A DNA stretch of 64,000 nt from FCB group bacterium (GCA_013152835.1 JAADFQ010000237.1:138-64137), one strand, 5' to 3'; shown: positions 37,245-46,220, counted from the first letter of the stretch. Translations and numbers: made by a program. Notes: generated from the letters alone by a model not told the origin.

Positions 37245-37772
37245 TTATTTGAGATGAAGACTCAGATCATCACTGGTACTTTTGACACCGTCAGGTCCCC
37301 AACTTAACAGACTGGTATCTCCGGCAGTGGGACTGTATATCTCATAGGTATTGCCCCAGGCATCCGTCTTCCATTCATTGTCAGAGGCAAAATCTTTGGA
37401 GATATAAGGTCCGTTCCATCCGGTTTGTGTGAACCGATTCCAATTGGGATAAGAACCCTGAGTAACGAGATCGTCCATGGAAGACGGCAGATGGCCGATG
37501 TCGCCGTTAAACCCTTTATCGATCAGGACACCGCCGGCCACGGAGGAAGGATCACCCATCAGCGCTTTTTTGAGTTCTGTCATCTCTCCCTTGGTGGCTT
37601 TCAGGCGCGAAGTCTCAATAACGTTGGTGACTTTAGGTATGGCAATCGCCGATAAGATTCCTATTAATACAATGACCATGACCAACTCGATCAGGGTAAA
37701 CCCTTTTGTGAATGTTCTCATTTGTTCTTGATGACTCTTTTTATTCATCCTAATCCTAATCCGGTTATGCAT
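37245..37772 (-). CDS. GspG-like pseudopilin, normal size (P5)
   Basis: ...MRTFTKG|FTLIELVMVIVLIGILSAIAIPK (internal ATGs at 37748 and 37721 are likelier starts). GspG signature GWNGPYI...DAWGNTYEIY...SWGPDG. Confidence 0.85.
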   Translation of the reverse strand: MHNRIRIRMNKKSHQEQMRTFTKGFTLIELVMVIVLIGILSAIAIPKVTNVIETSRLKATKGEMTELKKALMGDPSSVAGGVLIDKGFNGDIGHLPSSMDDLVTQGSYPNWNRFTQTGWNGPYISKDFASDNEWKTDAWGNTYEIYSPTAGDTSLLSWGPDGVKSTSDDLSLHLK

Positions 37773-37801
37773 GACATGTCGTGACAGTTATCACAGAATT
37801 G

Positions 37802-38011
37802 TTATGTGAATCGATGGAAATAAATCCATAACAACCAGAGTCCCGCGATGATTAAGCCGGCGCCGGTGGCCCGGTTTTTTTTGATGAAAATATCATCCCT
37901 GAAAATAATCTGGTTGGCCCATTGGGAAAGTTGAAGAAGCAATCGGGGAAAAAACAGGTAGGCGATACCAATACCCAAAACCAAAATGCCGACGATAATA
38001 ACAGAAATCAT
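37802..38011 (-). CDS. 69-aa two-TM protein (paralog of 30924-31133)
   Basis: Same length and topology as 30924-31133, with the shared pattern F-P-x5-L-x4-N-x-I-I-x2-D-x6-R-x2-G-A. Confidence 0.55.
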   Translation of the reverse strand: MISVIIVGILVLGIGIAYLFFPRLLLQLSQWANQIIFRDDIFIKKNRATGAGLIIAGLWLLWIYFHRFT

Positions 38012-38013
38012 GA

Positions 38014-39132
38014 TTAATCATCACGAAAGGTTATGGCTTCACTCATAGCGTCACGACTGGCTTCAACTTCCGCGCCCTCCATTTTCATATGGAGTTTTAA
38101 ATCGTTGGCGCTGTCGGCGGCGGTAAGGGCATCATCCATGGATATCACGCCTTGTTTGTATAGATCGAACAAATGTTGATCAAAGGTTTGCATTCCCGAT
38201 TCGCGGGAGGCGGCAATCGTTGATTTCACCTCATCGATGAGACCTTTATACATCAGATCGCTGATCCGGGACGAATTCACCAGTATTTCCAGAGCAGCCA
38301 CCATTCCCGTACCATCCATTTTTGTTATCAGACGCTGAGAGATAATAGCCTTCAGATTAAGCGATAAATGCTGGCGGATCATGGGATGATTATCAACGGG
38401 GAAGAAGTTCATGATTCGTTCCAATGTTTGGGAAGCGTTGACCGAATGAAGTGTACTGAATACCAAATGACCGGTTTCGGCAAAAGTCAGGGCAGCCTTC
38501 ATTGTTTCCTGATCACGAATTTCACCAATTAAAAGGACATCAGGTGTTTGGCGCAGGGCGCTTTTCAGGGCCACTGCATAGGATTCCGTATCCATACCTA
38601 CTTCCCGTTGGGTTACGATACACTTTTTATGGTAGTGTAAAAATTCCATAGGATCTTCGATCGTAACAATGTGACCGGTACGGGTTGAATTGATATGGTC
38701 AATCATGGCGGCCAGTGTTGTGGATTTTCCACTCCCGGTGGTTCCGGTAATCAGCACCAGTCCGCGAGGCGTTTCACATATTTTGCTAAGTGCGGGAGGC
38801 ATGCCCAAATCTTCCAGAGTCCTGATTTCGGATTTAATATGCCGTAACACCAAGCCCACGGAACCCCGTTGACGGAAAATATTAATTCGTACCCGACCTA
38901 CTCCAGGAACAGAATAAGCAATATCAATTTCATGGTGCTCCTGAAATTCCTTGGCTTGTTTATCATCCAGAAAAGAATAGGCAATTTTTTCCGTCATGGA
39001 AGGATTCAATTTGGTTGAACTAACCGGATAAATTTCATGCCCGATCCGGTACATAGGAGGGTTACCAACGGATATATAAAGGTCGGTGGCATCTTTTTCC
39101 ACCATGAGTTTCATTAAATCGCTAAAATTCAT
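38014..39132 (-). CDS. PilT-family hexameric ATPase, PilU-like
   Basis: GGGAGG precedes the ATG. Walker A GTTGSGKST, Asp box and Walker B IGEIRD, His box FSTLHS. The PilT AIRNLIRE motif is replaced by SRISDLMYKG, as in PilU-type paralogs. Confidence 0.85.
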   Translation of the reverse strand: MNFSDLMKLMVEKDATDLYISVGNPPMYRIGHEIYPVSSTKLNPSMTEKIAYSFLDDKQAKEFQEHHEIDIAYSVPGVGRVRINIFRQRGSVGLVLRHIKSEIRTLEDLGMPPALSKICETPRGLVLITGTTGSGKSTTLAAMIDHINSTRTGHIVTIEDPMEFLHYHKKCIVTQREVGMDTESYAVALKSALRQTPDVLLIGEIRDQETMKAALTFAETGHLVFSTLHSVNASQTLERIMNFFPVDNHPMIRQHLSLNLKAIISQRLITKMDGTGMVAALEILVNSSRISDLMYKGLIDEVKSTIAASRESGMQTFDQHLFDLYKQGVISMDDALTAADSANDLKLHMKMEGAEVEASRDAMSEAITFRDD

Positions 39133-39149
39133 GGATACCTCCCGTTAAT

Positions 39150-40190
39150 TTATTTCAGATCCATTTTGGGTAATATTTCCTGAGCCGCCTCTTTTGTGAT
39201 AGCTCCCTCTTGGAGAAGTTTCCTCAGGGCTTGTTCCATGGTGCACATTCCCAACGATGATCCCGTCTGTAGCGCGGACTGAACCTGATAGGTTTTATTC
39301 TCCCTGATTAAACTCCGGATGGCATTGGTACCAACCAATATTTCCAGAGCAGCAACGCGGCCTTTTTCTCCTTTCCGCCGTAATAACATTTGGGAAACTA
39401 TCCCTTCAATCGAATCGGCAAACATGGAACGAATCTGTTCCTGTTGATTAGTCGGAAAAACATCCACGATTCGATCCACTGTTTTGGCGACGCTATTGGT
39501 ATGGAGGGTTCCGAAAACAAGGTGACCTGTTTCCGCAGCGCTGATGGCCAGGGAGATAGTTTCCAGATCGCGCATCTCACCAACCAGAATAACATCCGGA
39601 TCTTCCCGGAGCGCGGAACGAAGCGCGTTGGTAAACGATTTGGTATCACGACCAACCTCACGCTGACTAATCAGACAGGACCGGCTTTTGTGAACAAATT
39701 CGATGGGATCTTCAATTGTAATAATATGAGATTTTCGGTTAGAGTTGATATGGTCAACCATGGCGGCTAATGTCGTTGATTTTCCACTACCGGTGGGACC
39801 GGTAACCAGAACCAGTCCTTTTTCGAGATAGCATAATTTCCGTATTACCTCCGGCAAATGGAGATCTTCCATAGTGAGTATTTTCGAAGGAATTGTCCGG
39901 AATACAGCTGCTTTGCCATCGTTCTGATAGTAGACGTTGACACGGAAACGTCCGATGGACCCGATTTCCCGTGAAAAATCCAACTCCCAGGTTTCTTCAA
40001 ATCGTTTCCGTTCCTGGTCTGTCATGATATCATATATCAAGCGATGAATGTCCTCAGGGAGTAAGTTAGGAACATCAATTTTTTTCATCACTCCGTCGAC
40101 CCTGACCATCGGTGGAGCACCGGCGTTCAGGTGGAGATCAGAGGCACCGGAAGAATTGGTAAATTTCAGAAGTTCAAGGATATCAACCAC
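39150..40190 (-). CDS. pilT: PilT retraction ATPase
   Basis: GTG start. GPTGSGKST, VGEMRD, FGTLHTNS and the PilT signature NAIRSLIRENK. Confidence 0.9.
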   Translation of the reverse strand: MVDILELLKFTNSSGASDLHLNAGAPPMVRVDGVMKKIDVPNLLPEDIHRLIYDIMTDQERKRFEETWELDFSREIGSIGRFRVNVYYQNDGKAAVFRTIPSKILTMEDLHLPEVIRKLCYLEKGLVLVTGPTGSGKSTTLAAMVDHINSNRKSHIITIEDPIEFVHKSRSCLISQREVGRDTKSFTNALRSALREDPDVILVGEMRDLETISLAISAAETGHLVFGTLHTNSVAKTVDRIVDVFPTNQQEQIRSMFADSIEGIVSQMLLRRKGEKGRVAALEILVGTNAIRSLIRENKTYQVQSALQTGSSLGMCTMEQALRKLLQEGAITKEAAQEILPKMDLK

Positions 40191-40312
40191 GATGCAGACC
40201 TCGCAAGTTTAAAATAGTGGTTTGTTTGGATAGAAATTGGCGTTTGAAGCACTGATTCATAAGAATAAATATAGAATGGAATCGGGAATATTTCTATTCC
40301 CCATTTTGGAGA

Positions 40313-41314
40313 TTAGTAGATCAGCGATAAATAAACTACAACAGCCCCAATACCTAGAAGGCCCAGGAGAAAGCGCTTTTCCAAACTTAATATTTGTTCC
40401 GCCATGTCGTCGATTTCCGCACTGATGAACTGGGAATAATTCAGGATGGTGTTGTACTTGGTTTTCTCCTGTTCAAAGAGGATGATTTCCCGGGCCAGAG
40501 TATCCGGTAAAACAGTGAAATACTTTGGCAGTCGGTCCGGGTCCGGTTTTGATTTAATTAGATTCGCAAGTTTTTGAATGTCCTGAACAAGATAGGAATC
40601 TCCAAGGTAGTTTATTAAAAGACCATTGATTTGTGGAATTGGTACACCGGAACGTTGAAAAACGTTGTATAAAAAACAATAAGTGCTGATTTTGGAGAAA
40701 TGATGAATTTTTCCAGCCAGGGGAATCAGGTTTAATATTTTTTCTTTCCGCATCTCACTTGATATAATATAACGATAAACCCAACCCGCAAGCAGGATAA
40801 TGAAGGCGACCCCACTGGTAGTATATAGCATGTTTTCCAAGGAGAAGGTAAAGAGTTCTAAACGGACCAGTGTGTAGATTGCCCCGCCCAATAAAGCATA
40901 GATTATCATTCGAAGGTAAAACAAGGATACATTGTAATAATCAAACATTTTATTTTCATTTCTTAGATGTAACCGGATCGCTTCCAATCCAACGACCATT
41001 TTCCCACTGCGTTCAGTTGCCATAATCATTGCGATGTAAAAGTTAGGAAATACGTCTTTAAAGGTTAGCATAGCCTGGGAAAGAGGCGTCCCGGATTTTA
41101 CGGCGTTAGCAACGCTGAATAATACCATGCGCTGCACACGATTTCCGGTTGTTTCGAACACGGCGTCCAATGCATCCGGCAGCGTTTGTCCGGCCTGAAT
41201 CTGGGCCAGTAGTTTTTCCGTGAATAACAGGAGCTGTTTATAGGAAAAAGAGGAAGATCCGTATCCCAAATTAGAACTTAGATAGCGCTCAAATCGATTT
41301 AATTTCTCTGCCAA
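40313..41314 (-). CDS. divergent GspF/PilC-family platform protein (333 aa)
   Basis: T2SSF-like repeat QAGQTLPDALDAVFETTGN...VKSGTPLSQAM...MIMATERSGKM, followed by TM segments and a second degenerate repeat (IPLAGKIHHFSKISTYCFLYNVFQRSGVPIPQ). Confidence 0.65.
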   Translation of the reverse strand: MAEKLNRFERYLSSNLGYGSSSFSYKQLLLFTEKLLAQIQAGQTLPDALDAVFETTGNRVQRMVLFSVANAVKSGTPLSQAMLTFKDVFPNFYIAMIMATERSGKMVVGLEAIRLHLRNENKMFDYYNVSLFYLRMIIYALLGGAIYTLVRLELFTFSLENMLYTTSGVAFIILLAGWVYRYIISSEMRKEKILNLIPLAGKIHHFSKISTYCFLYNVFQRSGVPIPQINGLLINYLGDSYLVQDIQKLANLIKSKPDPDRLPKYFTVLPDTLAREIILFEQEKTKYNTILNYSQFISAEIDDMAEQILSLEKRFLLGLLGIGAVVVYLSLIY

Positions 41315-41326
41315 ATATTGTTTCTC

Positions 41327-43435
41327 CTATTCGTCGTCTGAATAGTTCACAGAATCTATCCATGAATCAATGGATGTGATCTCAGGATTTATTCTTTTTG
41401 CCAACTGTAAGCTTAAGAAAGCTGAGTCTTGGTTCCCAAGATAATAATAATTCCGGCCCATGAGATACCAGGCATACCCGTAGGTTGAGTCTGTTTTTAT
41501 CACTGATTTCAAATTTCCGAGGGATTGCTTGTACTGTCCTAATTGTTGGAGCGCATCGCCAAAAGCAACTTTTGCGGATAAATCTCTGGGATCCCACTTG
41601 ATAAATTTTTTAAACCATACCAATGATGATTCCGGTTCTTCAAATTGCAGCCAGGTTTCGGCGCGATTGATCCATAAATCCGGATTATTTGGATAGAGTT
41701 CCAGCGCCCGGTTAAAAAATCGGTTCATTTTCGGAACGGTAAGCCACATATCCCGCCAGCCGGGCATGGTGGTATCCAGGACCGTTAGTTTATCCAAAGA
41801 AAACCCTGATGACACCAACTGCAAAAGATGGCGTTTATAAAATTCTCCCCGTACCTGCCAGTAATTCCATGTTAGGGGGCCCAGTTCGGTACTTCTCTCA
41901 AATTCTTTCTCCGCTGAATTCAATAAAATCCATTTCTTCAAATGATCCTTTTCCCGAATTGCCTGGTTACTATATACTGATCCAAGATGCATATAATTTT
42001 CACCCCTCCGGGATTCCAAAACCGTAGCAATCTGATAATTTTTCAGGGCGGAATAATAATCTTCTGCATCAACGGCTCTATCCCCTTGCTGAGTAAAATA
42101 CTGAGCCAGAGGTTGAATAACACTGAATACGACCAGCGTTATTAAAACGATTATCTGAAAAAGCCGTTGCGTAGGGACTGCGATTACTTTTCCCGTAATA
42201 GGTATTTGTTGAATAGAAGCATTTGGATGATGGCGGAGAAAAATAGCGATAAATAAAAGAAAGAGGGTCAAAATACCCGGGATGTATAAATGATAATCCA
42301 CAAAAGTATGGATTAGCACAGCCAGTGCACCCACACCCATACCGGTAACCGGTGCGGATATTTTATCCAATTGTTTATGTAAACGGAACCAGGAGAAACC
42401 TTTCCCCGCCAGAAAAATCAGAAAAATAAGAAATAAACCCAGACCAATGATTCCCAGTTCCTCAAAATATTGAAGATAATCATTATGGGCAAAATCAAAG
42501 CGAATTCCAGGAGGTAGCCATTGTGTATTCGTGATATGAAATGTTCTGAAGCCGTATCCGATCCAGGGATGATCTTTGGCGAGATGAAAAGTCTGAGCCC
42601 AGATTCGTTGTCTGCCGAAGGTATCGGGATCGGTCAGGCTTCCCATCCGGGAAATAATTTGACTGCCGGGTATGGCGCTCAGCCCAACAATAACCAGAAT
42701 CATACTCAGGGCCACTCTTTTTAATTTTAGTGCGAATGTCTGAATTAATTGGTAGCGATGAAGAATGTATAGATTTAACACTACCGATGTTAAGAAAAAG
42801 GCCAGCCAACCAGCACGGGAATAGGTAGTACCCAGTACCCATTCACCAATAAATAATAGCAAAAACAAGATTCGTTCATACTTTCGTTTCGGGGAATAAA
42901 GATACTTCCAGAAAATCATAGGCCAGATCAGAATTATGTATCCGGCGAAGGTGTTTGGCCAGACAAAAAAACCATGGGAACGGGCGAAAAAACTACCCTG
43001 AATTGTATTTGCATTGATTTCAGTGAAAAATTGCCAGATTCCTATAAGCATTTCGATTCCGAACAATACAAGAATGAACTTGACGATGAAGGATTCATCC
43101 AGCCGATCTGGATAATTCACTGTTGCAAAAAAGAGAATAAAAGCTGCCAGATATGTTAACGATTTATAATCGGTAGCAAACGCGTCGATGGTCCAGATAT
43201 TTGAAAGTAATATCCAGAAAATGAATGCGGCAAAAATAATAATAAGGATATTGTTACGGATTGTGTACTCTTTATTTTTATTGCATAAATAATAATAAAT
43301 CCCCAATAATCCCGATGCGCTACATAGCAGAATGGTGTTATACAAAGGCGTTTCCGGACCGCGGTCAAAAGGAATGAAAAGAAAAACCAAACCCCAGAAA
43401 AGAAGGAAGAGATTGTTAATCATCCGTTTCCCCAA
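41327..43435 (-). CDS. O-antigen-ligase-like (Wzy_C) membrane protein with C-terminal TPR domain
   Basis: Polytopic, with SRAGWLAFFL and the ligase hallmark FAHNDYLQYFEELGIIG. The C-terminal ~250 aa are TPR-like (ALELYPNNPDLWINRAETWLQ..., AFGDALQQLGQYKQS..., AWYLMGRNYYYLGNQDSA...). Confidence 0.8.
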   Translation of the reverse strand: MGKRMINNLFLLFWGLVFLFIPFDRGPETPLYNTILLCSASGLLGIYYYLCNKNKEYTIRNNILIIIFAAFIFWILLSNIWTIDAFATDYKSLTYLAAFILFFATVNYPDRLDESFIVKFILVLFGIEMLIGIWQFFTEINANTIQGSFFARSHGFFVWPNTFAGYIILIWPMIFWKYLYSPKRKYERILFLLLFIGEWVLGTTYSRAGWLAFFLTSVVLNLYILHRYQLIQTFALKLKRVALSMILVIVGLSAIPGSQIISRMGSLTDPDTFGRQRIWAQTFHLAKDHPWIGYGFRTFHITNTQWLPPGIRFDFAHNDYLQYFEELGIIGLGLFLIFLIFLAGKGFSWFRLHKQLDKISAPVTGMGVGALAVLIHTFVDYHLYIPGILTLFLLFIAIFLRHHPNASIQQIPITGKVIAVPTQRLFQIIVLITLVVFSVIQPLAQYFTQQGDRAVDAEDYYSALKNYQIATVLESRRGENYMHLGSVYSNQAIREKDHLKKWILLNSAEKEFERSTELGPLTWNYWQVRGEFYKRHLLQLVSSGFSLDKLTVLDTTMPGWRDMWLTVPKMNRFFNRALELYPNNPDLWINRAETWLQFEEPESSLVWFKKFIKWDPRDLSAKVAFGDALQQLGQYKQSLGNLKSVIKTDSTYGYAWYLMGRNYYYLGNQDSAFLSLQLAKRINPEITSIDSWIDSVNYSDDE

Positions 43436-45095
43436 GGTATTTTAATAAATATTTATCTATAGGGTCCGGCGCCCATCGATTATGACGTTTAATCTCTTTT
43501 ATTGCCAGGAGTGAATCTTCATTAGTATGGAGGAGCGGTATTAATCCCATTGGTGTGTATGGTCGGTTATAAAGTTTATATTCAAATTTATCGATATAGG
43601 CTTGATTTGATTCATTGCGTTTGATATAAATAAAGTGCCGATAGCTGTTCCAGAATACAAGGGCCCATTTGTTTTGATCAAGCGGACTCGAATCTATCCA
43701 ATGAAACGAAAAGGGATTAATGATAATTAATGTTTGAAAATTATAGAGGCTGTCAGCCGTTAGAAAATCAGGTCTGTTCCAAGACATTTGATTATATTGA
43801 TGAACAAATTCCGAAGGGTAGGAAGGTATTCGTCCATCAATAAACGTTCTCCTTTCAGGGTAAAAGTTCCAGATCAGGTACCCGCCCCAGAAAAAATCAT
43901 TGAAGAGGGGTTCGGGAACTGGATTTTTGTTAATAAACCGCGTAGCATGTACCGGTAGTACCGTCGGATCAATTCCAATCCCAAAATTGTAGGAGGGCAT
44001 GAGACGGTTATCGCCACTGATAATATTGAAAGGCTCAATGGTCAGTCCATAAATAAAGAGTAAATACAATATCCATCGGTATCGGAAATTCTTCCATACA
44101 TTGATTATCTTAACAGGAAATGTAGCGACCATGCATACAAGTGCACTAATCTCAAAATAAGGTATTATACGATTGTATTTAATAGACAATAACAGGAAAA
44201 AAAGTGCTGGAAGGAAAAACCGGGGCAACTTTTTTTCTCTTCCCAGGTATATAAGGACTACAAGAAAAAAAATCGGAATAGTTAACCAGTAATACATCAT
44301 TTTATCAAACCCGAAATAACTAGTCGGCATATATTCGGAAATGACAATTAAATCGTTTACATTCAGATGTGCATAGGGATATACGATGAATTGAGTAAAG
44401 TGTGGATTAATTAAGGCTCCCAGAAAACCAGTTATCAATAACAAGATTCCGGATTTTATTATCCGGATGGTTTTGAAGAAGTTTATCTGATTAGCCATTA
44501 GTATATGAATGAATTTTTCTAATGTGTCTAGGGCAAGAAACACAATTCCGAATAAAACACCTGCATGAATGTTGCTCCAAACAATGAACAGGAGAAAAAT
44601 AGCAAAATAATTGTATTTTTTCGGTGGACGAGACGCAATTAATACAGTTAGGGCAAAAAATACTATGGAAAATAAATGCGCACGGAGCAGGAGACGAAAA
44701 TTAATGGAAAAAAGAATCCAGATAATTCCTATACAATTAATAAAAACAGATTTGTTTACAGTCCAAAACAGATTAAGCAATATTAAGATTAACAGTTCAA
44801 CCATAATAACTCTAAAAACAATTAGTCCTGTGATTCCTGCCCCTTGGTGGACAAAAAATGCCAGAGTTGAAAACAGCCATTGGGGTGTTTCCCACGGATA
44901 ATCAGGATTTGAGTAAGAAAAATAATTCGTAGTAGGTAATTGACCATGTTCCACAATATATCGACCTTCAGCAAGGCTCCACCAGATGTCGCCGGTCTGA
45001 AGGCGATGGTAGCTGATTATAAAACCAAAGACAAAAAGACTAAAAATTAACAGTCTTTCGGTTGTTCGATTAATTTGCAGATGGAACGATTCCAT
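43416..45095 (-). CDS. polytopic membrane protein (GT-C-like candidate, unassigned)
   Basis: First gene of the long minus-strand operon. Roughly 12 hydrophobic segments. A loop GDIWWSLAEGRYIVEHGQLPTTNYFSY near the N-terminus and NDFFWGGYLIWNFYPERRTFIDGR before a soluble C-terminus. Confidence 0.55.
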   Translation of the reverse strand: MESFHLQINRTTERLLIFSLFVFGFIISYHRLQTGDIWWSLAEGRYIVEHGQLPTTNYFSYSNPDYPWETPQWLFSTLAFFVHQGAGITGLIVFRVIMVELLILILLNLFWTVNKSVFINCIGIIWILFSINFRLLLRAHLFSIVFFALTVLIASRPPKKYNYFAIFLLFIVWSNIHAGVLFGIVFLALDTLEKFIHILMANQINFFKTIRIIKSGILLLITGFLGALINPHFTQFIVYPYAHLNVNDLIVISEYMPTSYFGFDKMMYYWLTIPIFFLVVLIYLGREKKLPRFFLPALFFLLLSIKYNRIIPYFEISALVCMVATFPVKIINVWKNFRYRWILYLLFIYGLTIEPFNIISGDNRLMPSYNFGIGIDPTVLPVHATRFINKNPVPEPLFNDFFWGGYLIWNFYPERRTFIDGRIPSYPSEFVHQYNQMSWNRPDFLTADSLYNFQTLIIINPFSFHWIDSSPLDQNKWALVFWNSYRHFIYIKRNESNQAYIDKFEYKLYNRPYTPMGLIPLLHTNEDSLLAIKEIKRHNRWAPDPIDKYLLKYLGETDD

Positions 45096-45304
45096 GATTT
45101 TCCTTTAGGTCTAAATAAATATTAGATCTTCTCAATACTCAAATTAAAGGTAAAATCAATAAAAACCACTTTATACTTCTTTCCAATGATATAGAATTCC
45201 ACTGAAATTTAACAGCAGTTTCACTACCGGATAATGTGCTGAATGATAGCTTCAACGGTAAGAAAAATCAATTCGAAAACCCAGCAATAGAGCTATAGGG
45301 AATT

Positions 45305-46147
45305 ATGGCAACACGATATAGGACATTGCCTCAACTGGCAGCGATATTCTTATTACTATCCTTGGTAATCCTTTATATGAAGCGCGACGAATACAAAATG
45401 AAGTTGGAAGACTGGATGACGGAAGCTTCGAAGAGTGTAGCCAGTGATTCACTGACAGGAATCAAAGATACAGCTTCTGTAAAAGTCCAGATCGAACCGA
45501 AGGATTTAGCCGGTGGTTTGGTGGCCTATTATCCTTTTATGCAAAATGCCAAAGACGCGTCTAAAAATAAAAACGATGGAAAACTCATAGATGTTACGCT
45601 CGCTATCGATCGATATGGAAATCCTGATAATGCGTTTAGGTTCAATCGGAATCAGTTTATTGAAATTAAAGACAGTCCCAGCTTCAAAAGTATTAAAACA
45701 GGTGTTTCCGCTTTTGCCTGGATAAACCTTTCCCAATATGGTGGGTTTCGGAGTGGAATTGTTTCCCAGGACGGGAAATGGGTTTTGGGTGTTTATCGCG
45801 GTGTTCTGGTCGGTAAGGTCTATTTAGATAATGGTCATTCCATTTATTTGGAAAGCTCTCAGGGAGTATCCTTGAACCATTGGAATCATGTTGCAATGAC
45901 ATTTAACGGACAGACCTTGGCCCTGTATATCAACGGTCGGAAAGTAGCGACAAAACCAGCACCGGGGCGATACCAGATTAAAAGACCGAAAAATTTTCGT
46001 TTATATGGTCAACCATCTATTGGAAGAGCTTTTGGTGTCGGTGGTAAAAGTTTCATTGGTTCCATTGATGATGTTTTTATTTATAATCGTGTTTTAAATG
46101 AAACGGAATTGGCAGCGATTTTTAATGGAGAATTACCTGAATTATAA
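45305..46147 (+). CDS. membrane-anchored LamG/concanavalin-like lectin-fold protein
   Basis: N-terminal TM segment (LPQLAAIFLLLSLVILY). LamG_3-like hallmarks LVAYYPFMQNAKDASKNKNDG...DRYGNPDNAFRFN...WNHVAMTFNGQTLALYINGRKV...IGSIDDVFIYNRVLNETEL. Confidence 0.7.
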   Translation: MATRYRTLPQLAAIFLLLSLVILYMKRDEYKMKLEDWMTEASKSVASDSLTGIKDTASVKVQIEPKDLAGGLVAYYPFMQNAKDASKNKNDGKLIDVTLAIDRYGNPDNAFRFNRNQFIEIKDSPSFKSIKTGVSAFAWINLSQYGGFRSGIVSQDGKWVLGVYRGVLVGKVYLDNGHSIYLESSQGVSLNHWNHVAMTFNGQTLALYINGRKVATKPAPGRYQIKRPKNFRLYGQPSIGRAFGVGGKSFIGSIDDVFIYNRVLNETELAAIFNGELPEL

Positions 46148-46220
46148 GTTCCGGACCTTGTTTGGATACAAGGAACGAAAACCTATTATTAGGTAAAATT
46201 TTTTCGTAATTCCGGCAATA

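Noticed and set aside
43830-43901. FFWGGYLIWNFYPERRTFIDGR resembles the WWDYGY...(T)xVDN region of STT3/PglB oligosaccharyltransferases, which would explain the many N-x-S/T sequons
   Set aside because: The diagnostic WWD Asp is absent (FFWGG). The protein is shorter than PglB/AglB, and I cannot verify the EL1 acidic motifs. It is left as an unassigned GT-C-like candidate pending HHpred.
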